The notes beneath the pieces are model-generated. The model ran no database searches. It saw nothing but the letters and a program-made list of their open reading frames with translations, and was not told the DNA's origin. DNA of 64,000 bases, taken from the NCBI GenBank assembly GCA_963741945.1, contig CAVUKA010000003.1, forward strand, positions 384,001-448,000, given 5' to 3'. This DNA is from an uncultured Gemmatimonadales bacterium. GTDB taxonomy: Bacteria > Gemmatimonadota > Gemmatimonadetes > Longimicrobiales > RSA9. Shown here in pieces: positions 41,381 to 50,066 of this stretch. Numbering within the stretch: the first letter of the stretch is position 1; every line of letters starts with the position of its first letter. The position numbers and the translations under genes are program-made.

Positions 41381-42979
41381 CTACGGTCGACGGCTCGATT
41401 CCTCGGCGCTCACCATCCGCGCCAGCTCGACCCGCCGGACCTTCCCGCTCCCCGTCAGGGGGAACGAGTCGAAGAAGCGGACAAGATCCGGGACCTTGAA
41501 ATCCGCCAACGCGTTCCGGCACCAATCCCTGATTTCCTCGCCGGTGATGATGGCGCCTTCGACCGGCACCACACACGCGCATACCTGCTCGCCGAGTACC
41601 TCGTGCGGCAGCCCGACTACGGCCACGTCCATCACGGCCGGGTGGGCGTGCAGTCGGTCCTCGACTTCACGGGGGTACACGTTGAACCCCCCGCGGATGA
41701 TGAGCTCCTTTCGACGACCCACGAGATGGAGATAGCCCTCCTCGTCGATCATGCCCAGGTCGCCCGTCTGGAAGTAGCCGTCGTCATCGAACGCGTGCGA
41801 CGTCTCCCCCGGCTGGCGATAGTAGCCCTTCATCACGCCGGGGCCTTTTACCCCGATCTCTCCCAAACTTTCCAGCGGCAGCAGGCTGCCGTCGAAATCC
41901 AGGATCCGAACGTCAATGTCCGGTAGCGGCTTCCCGACCGTGAACACCTTCTTCTCTTCCGGGTCGGTGGGCCGCGTCATGGCCACCGTCAATGCGGTCT
42001 CCGTGAGCGAATAGGCGACGCACAGCTCTGGACACAGCTCCTTGCGGATCCGCCGGACCAGGTCATCGCCCACCGGCGCGCCCGCCACGATGCCGGTGCG
42101 CAGCGAGCTCAGGTCGTAGGACCGCTCCTCCAGCTCGCGCAGCTCCGTGATGAACACCGTGGGAACGCCGTAATGCACCGTCGCCCGATGCTCCTCGATG
42201 AGCGACAGCGCCGCTGCAGGCTCGAACGTCTCCTGCAGCACGAGAGTACCTCCGGCAATCAGTGTGCCGAGGATCCCCGGCCCCAGACCGAAGACGTGGA
42301 ACACGGTGGTGACGCCGAACGTCACATCGTCCGGCCGCAGCCCGATGGCGTCGGCCGTGGCCGCCGCCGTCTCCAGGAGGTTGGCATGGGTGAGCGCCAC
42401 CCCCTTCGGCTTCCCCATGGTCCCGGACGTGTACAGGATCGCGAACGTGTCGTCCGGCTTCGCCTGCACCGGCTCGAACGACCGACCCTCTCCGCTGGAG
42501 AGCAGGTCTTCGAACTGGTAGATCCGGTCGTCGTACCAGAGGTCCGCCTCCCCCACGGTCACCAGGTACTGCAGCTCCGGGAGCGAGGTGAGGAACCCCT
42601 CGAACAGCTCGAGGTAGTCCACGCCGTTGAAGTCCTCGGCCGAGACCACGACCGCAGCTTCCGAGTGCCGGAGCATGTATTGCAGCTCCGGCATCGTGTA
42701 GCGGGGGTTCAGCGGGACGATCACGGCCCCGAGCTTGGCGGCCGCGAACAGCGAGATGACGAACTCCGTCCAGTTCGGCAGATCCAGCGCCATGCGGTCG
42801 CCGGGTTCAATGCCCAGTTCCCGCAGCGCCGCGGCCAGCGCCGTGGAGCGCTCGTCCACCTGACGGTACGTGAGCCGGCGGTTCCCTGAAATCAAGAAGA
42901 CGCGGTCGGCGTCGTCCGCGACCCGCGCCCTCAGCGCTTCGGCGACCGTACGTCCCTTAATGCGCTCGACGAGCGCCAT
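41381..42979 (-). CDS. Long-chain fatty acid--CoA ligase-like adenylate-forming enzyme
   Basis: YTSGTMGKPKG, YSLTE, TGDLG, GRRKELIIRGG and GSGKV motifs. Confidence 0.9.
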   Translation of the reverse strand: MALVERIKGRTVAEALRARVADDADRVFLISGNRRLTYRQVDERSTALAAALRELGIEPGDRMALDLPNWTEFVISLFAAAKLGAVIVPLNPRYTMPELQYMLRHSEAAVVVSAEDFNGVDYLELFEGFLTSLPELQYLVTVGEADLWYDDRIYQFEDLLSSGEGRSFEPVQAKPDDTFAILYTSGTMGKPKGVALTHANLLETAAATADAIGLRPDDVTFGVTTVFHVFGLGPGILGTLIAGGTLVLQETFEPAAALSLIEEHRATVHYGVPTVFITELRELEERSYDLSSLRTGIVAGAPVGDDLVRRIRKELCPELCVAYSLTETALTVAMTRPTDPEEKKVFTVGKPLPDIDVRILDFDGSLLPLESLGEIGVKGPGVMKGYYRQPGETSHAFDDDGYFQTGDLGMIDEEGYLHLVGRRKELIIRGGFNVYPREVEDRLHAHPAVMDVAVVGLPHEVLGEQVCACVVPVEGAIITGEEIRDWCRNALADFKVPDLVRFFDSFPLTGSGKVRRVELARMVSAEESSRRP

Positions 42980-43098
42980 CACCCCTCCGTCCGGAGTCCT
43001 GGACCGGTGCGCCGCTCCTCGCGCGCGCACCCTGGATCGAAAACCCGCCCCAAAAACCGCAGAAACATAGTCGCGGCGCAGAGGACCGTCAAACGCCG

Positions 43099-44247
43099 TC
43101 AGCCGCCCGGATTCCCGCCCCGGCACGCGGCCAGGGCTGCCGTGACCACCGCATCGGGCAGCGCATGCGTCCACGCGCCCGCGTCGGTTCTCGCCACTTC
43201 ACCCACCCGCGTCAGCAGCGCGTAGCGGATGGCGCCCGCCCGCGCTTTCTTGTCCGATCGCGCCGCGTCCAGCACCGCCGCCGGCTCCGCATCCGCGGGC
43301 AGGCGGGTGGGCAGCCCGAACGCCGTGAGCGCCTGCGCCACACGCGTGGCGGTGCCGGGTGCCGTGATCCCCGCGCGCTCCCCCGCCATGGCCTCCGCCA
43401 CCATCCCCACGGCGACCCCTTCGCCGTGCGGGGTGCGATAATCCGAGAGCAGCTCCAGGGCGTGCCCGATGGTGTGCCCGAAGTTCAGCACTGCCCGCTC
43501 CCCCGCTTCCAGCACGTCACGGGCGATGACGCCCGTCTTGATCCGGACGGAGCCGGCCACCAGCGCGGCCAGCGCCACGTCGTCGCGTTCGAAGATGGCC
43601 GGCGCGTCGGCCACCAGCCGCTGAAGGTACCCCGGATCCGCGATCACGCCATGCTTCACCGCCTCGGCCGCGCCCGAGCGCAGCTCCGGGTCCGGGAGCG
43701 TGGTGAGGAACCGCGGGTCCACCACCACCAGCCGGGGCTGATGGAAGGCGCCCACCAGGTTCTTGCCGGCCCGGAGATCGAGACCCGTCTTCCCCCCGAG
43801 CGACGCATCCACCATCGCGAGCAGCGTGGTGGGCACCTGGACGAACGTGATGCCGCGGGCGAACGTGGCCGCGGCGAAGCCGGCCAGGTCACCGGTGACG
43901 CCGCCACCCAGCGCGATGATGCACCCATCCCGGCCGGCCCCGAGCGCGCCCAGCTCCTCCACCAGCTCCGACCACCGCGCCAGCGTCTTGTGCTCCTCAC
44001 CCGCGCGCAGCCGCACGACGTCCGCCCTCAGCCCGGCATCCCGGAGATGCCCGAGCACGGTCTCGCCGTGAAGTCCGGCAACGGTGTCGTCGCAGACCAG
44101 GATGTAGCGCTGCGCGGGTGCGTGGCGCTCCAGCACCGCGGGGAGCCGCTCCGCCACGCCGGCACCGATGACGATGTCGCACCGCTCCACCGGCCGGGGC
44201 AGCGCCAGGGACAGCAGCGCTTCCCCGACGTCGAGATCCCCGGTCAT
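43099..44247 (-). CDS. aroB: 3-dehydroquinate synthase
   Basis: GGGVTGDLAGF, VPTTLLAMVD, GGKTG, LNFGHTIGHALE and HGEGV motifs. Confidence 0.93.
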   Translation of the reverse strand: MTGDLDVGEALLSLALPRPVERCDIVIGAGVAERLPAVLERHAPAQRYILVCDDTVAGLHGETVLGHLRDAGLRADVVRLRAGEEHKTLARWSELVEELGALGAGRDGCIIALGGGVTGDLAGFAAATFARGITFVQVPTTLLAMVDASLGGKTGLDLRAGKNLVGAFHQPRLVVVDPRFLTTLPDPELRSGAAEAVKHGVIADPGYLQRLVADAPAIFERDDVALAALVAGSVRIKTGVIARDVLEAGERAVLNFGHTIGHALELLSDYRTPHGEGVAVGMVAEAMAGERAGITAPGTATRVAQALTAFGLPTRLPADAEPAAVLDAARSDKKARAGAIRYALLTRVGEVARTDAGAWTHALPDAVVTAALAACRGGNPGG

Positions 44248-45386
44248 TTCGGCCGCTGCCCTTGCCGACGATCGAACCCCGTCCCCAGCATCGTCTCCCC
44301 GACCAGCCACGCCATCACCTCCTCGAACGACTCCGTCTCCGTGTGCACGCGGCGCAGCCGCTCCGCCCCGTTGCCCCGATCCAGTATCGTCTCCACCCGC
44401 TCCAGCACGTCCGACTCCCCCACGGCGGACGCCAGCGGGGCCGCCCGGTCCAGGATCCGCCGCACCGCCGCGCGCACGGCCGTCCTCCCGCTCGGCGACT
44501 CCGGGTCCGTGAGTTCCCCGTCCAGCCCGAACCTCGCCGCCTGCCACTCGTTCTCCGTCAGCACCTCCCGCCATGCGTCCGGGTTCAACCCGCCGGAGCC
44601 GGGAAGCTCGATCTCCCCCTCCGCGACGCCCATGACCACGAGCTTCGCCAGGGCAGCGATCGTCGCCGCGTCATCCAGCCGCGGGCACACGTCCATCGCC
44701 CGGAACTCCAGCGTCGGGTACGAGGCGTGGGGACGCAGGCTCCAGTACACGCTCCCCCGGTCCCGGATCGCCTTGCTTCGCAACAGCAGGGCGATGAACT
44801 CGCGGTACTCCTCGTCGCTCTCGAAGCGCGGCGGCACCCCCGTGTACGGGTACTGCCGCCACAGGATCGCCCGGTAGGATGCGAAGCCGGTATCCTCCGC
44901 GTCCAGGAACGGCGAGCTGGCGGAGAGGGCGAGCAGGTGCGGGATGAAGCCTCGCACCTTCTCCATGAGCTGCGTCCGGTCGATCTCGTCGGGCACGCCC
45001 ACGTGCACGTGCATGCCGAAGATGTTGACTTCCCGAGCGATCCGGTCGTGCCGCTCCACGATGGCCCGGTACCGCTTGCTCGGGTGGATCCCGGCGACCT
45101 GCCACGGGCTGAACGGGTGCAGCCCCGCCGCGGCGATCTCCAGTCCCTCCGCCGCCGTCGTCGTCGCCGCCTGGAAACGCTGGCGGCGCAGCTCCCGCTC
45201 CACTTCTTCCGTGGTGCCGCACACGGGGGTCCCGACCTCGATGGTGGTCTCGTGCAGCTCACCACGCAGCTCGTCCGCCCAGTCCGTGGCCAGGACGTCC
45301 GACGCGCGGCTCCGCAGGGCCCCCGTCTCGGGGTCCACCAGCTGGTACTCCTCCTCCACACCCATGGTGTAGTGGTGCCTCGCCAT
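44244..45386 (-). CDS. YbdK/GCS2 family carboxylate-amine ligase
   Basis: TMGVEEEYQLVD, FGMHVHVG, ALSASSPF, WSLRP and TLEFRAMD motifs. Confidence 0.9.
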   Translation of the reverse strand: MARHHYTMGVEEEYQLVDPETGALRSRASDVLATDWADELRGELHETTIEVGTPVCGTTEEVERELRRQRFQAATTTAAEGLEIAAAGLHPFSPWQVAGIHPSKRYRAIVERHDRIAREVNIFGMHVHVGVPDEIDRTQLMEKVRGFIPHLLALSASSPFLDAEDTGFASYRAILWRQYPYTGVPPRFESDEEYREFIALLLRSKAIRDRGSVYWSLRPHASYPTLEFRAMDVCPRLDDAATIAALAKLVVMGVAEGEIELPGSGGLNPDAWREVLTENEWQAARFGLDGELTDPESPSGRTAVRAAVRRILDRAAPLASAVGESDVLERVETILDRGNGAERLRRVHTETESFEEVMAWLVGETMLGTGFDRRQGQRPK

Positions 45387-45649
45387 GCGACCGCGCCGCC
45401 TCCTCGCTGCCTCGCCTTTCGAAGTAGTGCAACGGTACGGATGCGGGTGTGCCGGTGGCAAATGCGGGGCCGGTCCCGCCCGGCGCGCACGATCGCGCAA
45501 CCAGACTCTTTCTTTTGTCGGCGCCGCGATTATATTTCGCTTCGACGGAGCGCGCCGGGTCGAACGGGGCGCTGCGGCCACAAGATGGAACGGCTAACGA
45601 CCGCGTCTCTTTGCAGAGGCGCTTTTTCATGGGGGGTTCGGACGGCCTG

Positions 45650-46684
45650 ATGCCGCTGAATATCGGGTTGGCCTACAATCAGAAGCCTGAGCCGGAGGAC
45701 GAGCCTCCCGGTACCAGGCGTCCCCTCGACGATCGATTCGCCGAGTGGGACGACCCCTCGACGATCACAGCCGTCGAGGCTGCGCTGGCCGAAGCCGGCC
45801 ACGTGATCCGTCTGGAAGCCGACGAGGACTTCCCCGCCCGACTCCGGGCGAGCAGGCCGGACATCGTGTTCAACATCGCGGAAGGGCTGCACGGCCCGAA
45901 CCGGGAAGCGCACGTGCCGGCCATCTGCGAGTTCTTCGACATCCCCTATACCGGCAGTGACCCGCTCGCCCTGGCGCTGAGCCTGGACAAGCGTCGCGCC
46001 AAGGATGTCTTCCGCACGGCCGGCATTCCGGCCCCGGCGGGGGTGACCGTGACGCGGCCGGAGGAGCGTCAGAGCGCACTCCACGTCCCGGTCCCGGCAC
46101 TGGTGAAGCCGCTGTTCGAGGGATCGAGCAAGGGGATCCCCGAGAGCGCGCTGTGCGAGAGCCCGGATGACGTGCTGGTCCGGGTCGACGCGATCCTGGC
46201 GGAGTACGGGCAGCCGGCACTCGTGGAAGCGTTCCTCCCGGGCCGCGAATTCACCTGCGCCGTGCTGGGGAACGGTGACACGGCCCGTGCGCTCCCCCTG
46301 GTCGAGATCCGCTTCGATGCTCTCCCGGTCGGCGCGAAGCCGATCTACGGCTACGAAGCGAAGTGGGTGTGGGACACGCCCGAGCGCCCGCTCTCCATCT
46401 TCAGCTGTCCGGCCCCGGTCGATCCCGCGCTGGGCGCGCTCGTGGAGCGGACCGCCGTGGCAGCGTTCAACGCCCTCGGCTGTCGCGACTGGGCCAGGGT
46501 CGACCTGCGGCTCGACGACACCGGGCTCCCCCACGTGCTCGAGATCAACCCGCTTCCCGGGGTCCTCCCCGACCCGGACCAGAACTCCTGCTATCCCAAG
46601 GCCGCCCGCGCGGCGGGGCTGGACTACGGGCAGATGATCCGATCCGTGCTGGACGCGGCGCTGGAACGGTACGGGCTGCGATGA
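45650..46684 (+). CDS. D-Ala-D-Ala ligase-like ATP-grasp protein (non-canonical) 1
   Basis: FNIAEG, IPYTGS, DK, VKP.FEGSSKG, PGREF, RVD and EINPLPG motifs; lacks the GGxSxEH and LHG motifs of true Ddl. Confidence 0.88.
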   Translation: MPLNIGLAYNQKPEPEDEPPGTRRPLDDRFAEWDDPSTITAVEAALAEAGHVIRLEADEDFPARLRASRPDIVFNIAEGLHGPNREAHVPAICEFFDIPYTGSDPLALALSLDKRRAKDVFRTAGIPAPAGVTVTRPEERQSALHVPVPALVKPLFEGSSKGIPESALCESPDDVLVRVDAILAEYGQPALVEAFLPGREFTCAVLGNGDTARALPLVEIRFDALPVGAKPIYGYEAKWVWDTPERPLSIFSCPAPVDPALGALVERTAVAAFNALGCRDWARVDLRLDDTGLPHVLEINPLPGVLPDPDQNSCYPKAARAAGLDYGQMIRSVLDAALERYGLR

Positions 46685-47787
46685 GGATCGCCGTGGTCTA
46701 CGACCGCGCCGCCGACGCCCGGGAGGGCGAAGGCCCGACCCCTGGCCGTGACGCCGCGGCCGCATCCACCGGCCGCTTCGCCCGGGACCTCCGGCCCACC
46801 ACCGGCCGCGCGCCGGCGCCGGACGCGGCCCTCTCCACGACCGGCGCGGGGGCGGCGGGCACCCCGGCCACGGGCGGAGCGGGCGCCGCCCCGGATGTCG
46901 CCGGGGTGAGGGAGGCCGTCGACGCCGTCGTCGAGAGCCTCGTTCGGCTCGGTCACGCCGCGTTCCCCGTGGCCGTGCACGCGCCGCTGGAGCGGTTCCT
47001 GACCCGGCTCGGTGGCGTGGACCTGGTCTTCAACCTGGCCGAGGGCCTCAATGGCCGGGCGGAGCACGAGCCGCGACTCGCCGCGCTCATGGAGCTGGCC
47101 GGGCGCCCGATCACCGGCGCGTCCTCCGACTCGCTGGCGCTCTGCCGCCGCAAGGACCGCGTGAACGCACTCGCCGAGAGCCGCGGTCTGGCCGTGCCGC
47201 CCTGGATCGTGGCGCGCCCATCCGGCGCCGGCTCGTCCGCGCCCCCGTGGACGCTCTTCCCCGCCATCGTCAAGCCCGTGGGCGAGGACGGGTCCGTGGG
47301 CATCCACGAGGACTCGGTCGTCGAGAACGACGTTGAGCTGAGCGCTGCCCTGGACCGCGCGCGCACCGACGTGCTCGTCCAGGCCTTCGTGGCGGGCCGC
47401 GAGTTCAATGTGGGCTTCGTCGGCGACGTCGCGCTCCCCCTCTCCGAAATCGTCTTCGCCGGCGCGCAGCGCGTGGTCAGCTACGCCGCCAAGTGGAGCC
47501 CGGGCTCCACCGACGACCTGTCCACGCTACCCGTCTGCCCCGCGCGCGTGACCACCACGTTCCACGACCACGCCGTCGCGATGGCCCGTGAAGCGTGGAG
47601 CGCCGTGGGTGGCCGCGGCTACGGCCGCGTGGACCTGCGCACCGACGCGGTCGGACGGCTGTATCTGCTCGAGGTGAACCCCAACCCGGACCTCGCCCCC
47701 TCGGCCGGCCTCGCCCGCATGGCCCGCGTGGCCGGCTGGGCATTTGACGACCTGGTGGCGCGAATCATGGAAGAAGCGGTCAGATGA
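46681..47787 (+). CDS. D-Ala-D-Ala ligase-like ATP-grasp protein (non-canonical) 2
   Basis: FNLAEG, VKP..EDGSVGI, GREF, YAAKW, RVDLR and EVNPNP motifs; ATGA overlap with the preceding gene. Confidence 0.88.
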   Translation: MRIAVVYDRAADAREGEGPTPGRDAAAASTGRFARDLRPTTGRAPAPDAALSTTGAGAAGTPATGGAGAAPDVAGVREAVDAVVESLVRLGHAAFPVAVHAPLERFLTRLGGVDLVFNLAEGLNGRAEHEPRLAALMELAGRPITGASSDSLALCRRKDRVNALAESRGLAVPPWIVARPSGAGSSAPPWTLFPAIVKPVGEDGSVGIHEDSVVENDVELSAALDRARTDVLVQAFVAGREFNVGFVGDVALPLSEIVFAGAQRVVSYAAKWSPGSTDDLSTLPVCPARVTTTFHDHAVAMAREAWSAVGGRGYGRVDLRTDAVGRLYLLEVNPNPDLAPSAGLARMARVAGWAFDDLVARIMEEAVR

Positions 47788-48296
47788 GCGTCAGCTCCCT
47801 TCAAGACGACACGGCCACGCGGCTGCGGGCGCTGCAGCCTGGAGACCGGCCGGCGCTCGAGCGCCTGGTCCGCTCGGTCGAGCTTTTCAGCGCCGCGGAG
47901 CAAGACGTGGCCATGGAAGTGCTGGACGCATACATGGAGCACCCCGGGAAGGACTACCACGCGCTGGGCGCCTTCACCCATCGCGGCGACCTCCTGGGCT
48001 ACGCGTGCTACGGCCCGACGCCGTGCACCGAAGGCACCTGGGACCTGTACTGGATCGCGGTATCCGGTGAGTCCCGGGGCCGAGGCATCGGAACCCTGCT
48101 GATGGAGGAGATCGAACGAAGGCTCGTCGAACAACACGCTCGACTCGTGCTCATCGAGACCGCTTCGCGCGCCGATTACGCCCCCACCCGGGCGTTCTAC
48201 GAGCGGCGCGACTACGAGGTGGTCGCACGGGTCCCGGATTTCTACGCGCCGGGCGACGATCGCGTGATCTTCGCCCGCAAATTTCCCAGCGTTTGA
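47784..48296 (+). CDS. GNAT family N-acetyltransferase
   Basis: LYWIAV...RGRGIG (motif A), RAFYERRDY; ATGA overlap. Confidence 0.9.
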   Translation: MSVSSLQDDTATRLRALQPGDRPALERLVRSVELFSAAEQDVAMEVLDAYMEHPGKDYHALGAFTHRGDLLGYACYGPTPCTEGTWDLYWIAVSGESRGRGIGTLLMEEIERRLVEQHARLVLIETASRADYAPTRAFYERRDYEVVARVPDFYAPGDDRVIFARKFPSV

Positions 48297-48310
48297 ACGA
48301 CGAGAGAGCC

Positions 48311-49732
48311 ATGTCAAACTGGCAAGAGACCCTGAAACAGAGCGTCACGACGGTAGACGAGCTCATCGACCGCTTCGGCCCCGAGAACGTGGACCGTGAA
48401 GCGGTCGAGAAAGCCATCGCCAAGTTCAACCTCCGCATCACACCGGCCGCGCTGGCGCAGATCAAGACGCCCGGCGACTGGGCGTGGAACCAGTACGTGC
48501 CCACGGGCGCGGAGAACGAGATCGTGGACGGGATCGTGGATTCCCTGGACGAGGATGCCGATTCACCCGTCCCGAACATCACGCATCGCTACCCGGACCG
48601 GGTGCTCTTCCTGGTGTCGCCCGTGTGCTCCACCTACTGCCGGTTCTGCACCCGACGGCGGAAGGTGGGCGACCCGGAGAAGATCCCGCTCAACCAGTTC
48701 GACGCCGCGTTCGCCTACCTGCGCGAGCACACCGAGGTTCGCGACGTGGTGCTGAGTGGCGGAGACCCGTTCATGCTGAGCGACCGCCGCATCGAGTACT
48801 TCCTCTCGACGCTCCGGTCCATCCCGCACATCGAGATCATCCGCATCCACTCCCGCGTGCCGAACCACCTCCCGGAGCGGGTCACACCCGAACTGGCGGA
48901 GATGATCCGGAAGTACCACCCCGTGTACGTGAACGTGCACTTCAACCACCCCGACGAGCTCACGCCGGAGTCCGTCAAAGCGCTCGGCCTGCTCGCCGAC
49001 GCCGGTATCCCGCTCGGCTCCCAGAGCGTGCTCCTCAAGGGCGTGAACGACGACCCGGCCATCATGAAGCGGCTCATGCAGAAGCTGCTCGTGGCCCGGG
49101 TCAAGCCGTACTACATCTACCAGGCCGACGTGGTGGCCGGCGGAGAGCACTTCCGCACTTCCGTGCAGAAGGGTATCGAGATCATCCAGGCCATCCGCGG
49201 CTGGACGTCCGGCCTCGGCGTCCCCCACTACGTCATCGATGCCCCCGGCGGCGGCGGGAAGATCCCGATCCTCCCCGAGTACGTGCAGGCGGTCACCGAC
49301 AGCGAGATCGTGCTCCGCAACTACGCGGGCGAGGAGTTCCGCTACCCGCTGCCGCAGGAGCCCGTGCCGGCGACAGGGACCGGGTGCGATATCCCGAGTA
49401 TCCCCAACCGCATCGCCGCCCGCACCGCCCGCGTGGGGGGCGTCGCCGGCGGGACGGGCGGCGCCGGCCTGCGCCGCGACGGCGCCAAGGGGCGCACAGG
49501 CAGCCGCAGCCGACAGAAAAAGGCCGTCAACGGCAACGGCGGCGGACACCGCAACGGTCGCGGAAGCGCGGACAGCGGATCGCGCAAAGCCGCGGCCCCA
49601 GCGGCCTCCAACGGGCAGCGCGCTGGTGGGATCACCGCGAACAGTCGGCGAAACGGAAACGGAAACGGCCATGCCGACCCCGCCCAGCTCACCTTCGAGC
49701 CGCTGCCCGGGATCGTGCCGATGGACATGTAG
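48311..49732 (+). CDS. kamA: KamA family radical SAM enzyme, probably lysine 2,3-aminomutase, with a disordered C-terminal tail
   Basis: HRYPDR, CSTYCRFCTR (CxxxCxxC), LSGGDP, QSVLLKGVND, YIYQAD and DAPGGGGKIP (PLP lysine). Confidence 0.9.
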   Translation: MSNWQETLKQSVTTVDELIDRFGPENVDREAVEKAIAKFNLRITPAALAQIKTPGDWAWNQYVPTGAENEIVDGIVDSLDEDADSPVPNITHRYPDRVLFLVSPVCSTYCRFCTRRRKVGDPEKIPLNQFDAAFAYLREHTEVRDVVLSGGDPFMLSDRRIEYFLSTLRSIPHIEIIRIHSRVPNHLPERVTPELAEMIRKYHPVYVNVHFNHPDELTPESVKALGLLADAGIPLGSQSVLLKGVNDDPAIMKRLMQKLLVARVKPYYIYQADVVAGGEHFRTSVQKGIEIIQAIRGWTSGLGVPHYVIDAPGGGGKIPILPEYVQAVTDSEIVLRNYAGEEFRYPLPQEPVPATGTGCDIPSIPNRIAARTARVGGVAGGTGGAGLRRDGAKGRTGSRSRQKKAVNGNGGGHRNGRGSADSGSRKAAAPAASNGQRAGGITANSRRNGNGNGHADPAQLTFEPLPGIVPMDM

Positions 49733-50066
49733 CCGGCGGCCAGCCGCGTCGCCCCGTCCGGAGACGCCGGTGGACGGGCGCTGAGAACGCACCGCGCGTC
49801 GGCCCGTCCAGCGCGCGAGGGTGCCTGACGGCGTTATTCGAGGACGGATCCCCACGGGTCAGGGCGCTGCCTGGCGCGTGGGGATTCGTTGCGAATATCC
49901 GCGGAAAAGACACCGGTGCTGCCCGGCGGGACGTCGCTCGGGACACGGTCGGCTCCACTCGCCCGCGCGGACGCCGGACCGCGCGCGGCGTGCCGGACCG
50001 GAGCGAAGTCGACGGGTTCGCTCCGGCCCCCGGCGGCGCGCGGCCGGTCCGGCGCGGCCGCTGCGC

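Noticed and set aside
43099-47787. Mycosporine-like amino acid cluster (DHQS homologue + ATP-grasp + Ddl-like ligase)
   Set aside because: The DHQS has canonical AroB motifs (NFGHTIGHALE, HGE) rather than the MysA/DDGS type, there is no O-methyltransferase, and the genes are on opposite strands.
45650-47787. Vancomycin-resistance (van) ligases or housekeeping ddl
   Set aside because: The GGxSxEH/LHG motifs are absent, and no vanH/vanX/vanRS or mur/fts genes are adjacent.
48311-49732. EF-P beta-lysylation (EpmB) or lysine fermentation gene
   Set aside because: No efp/epmA or kamDE/kdd/kce/kal nearby; the context is ligases plus GNAT. A role in trans cannot be excluded.
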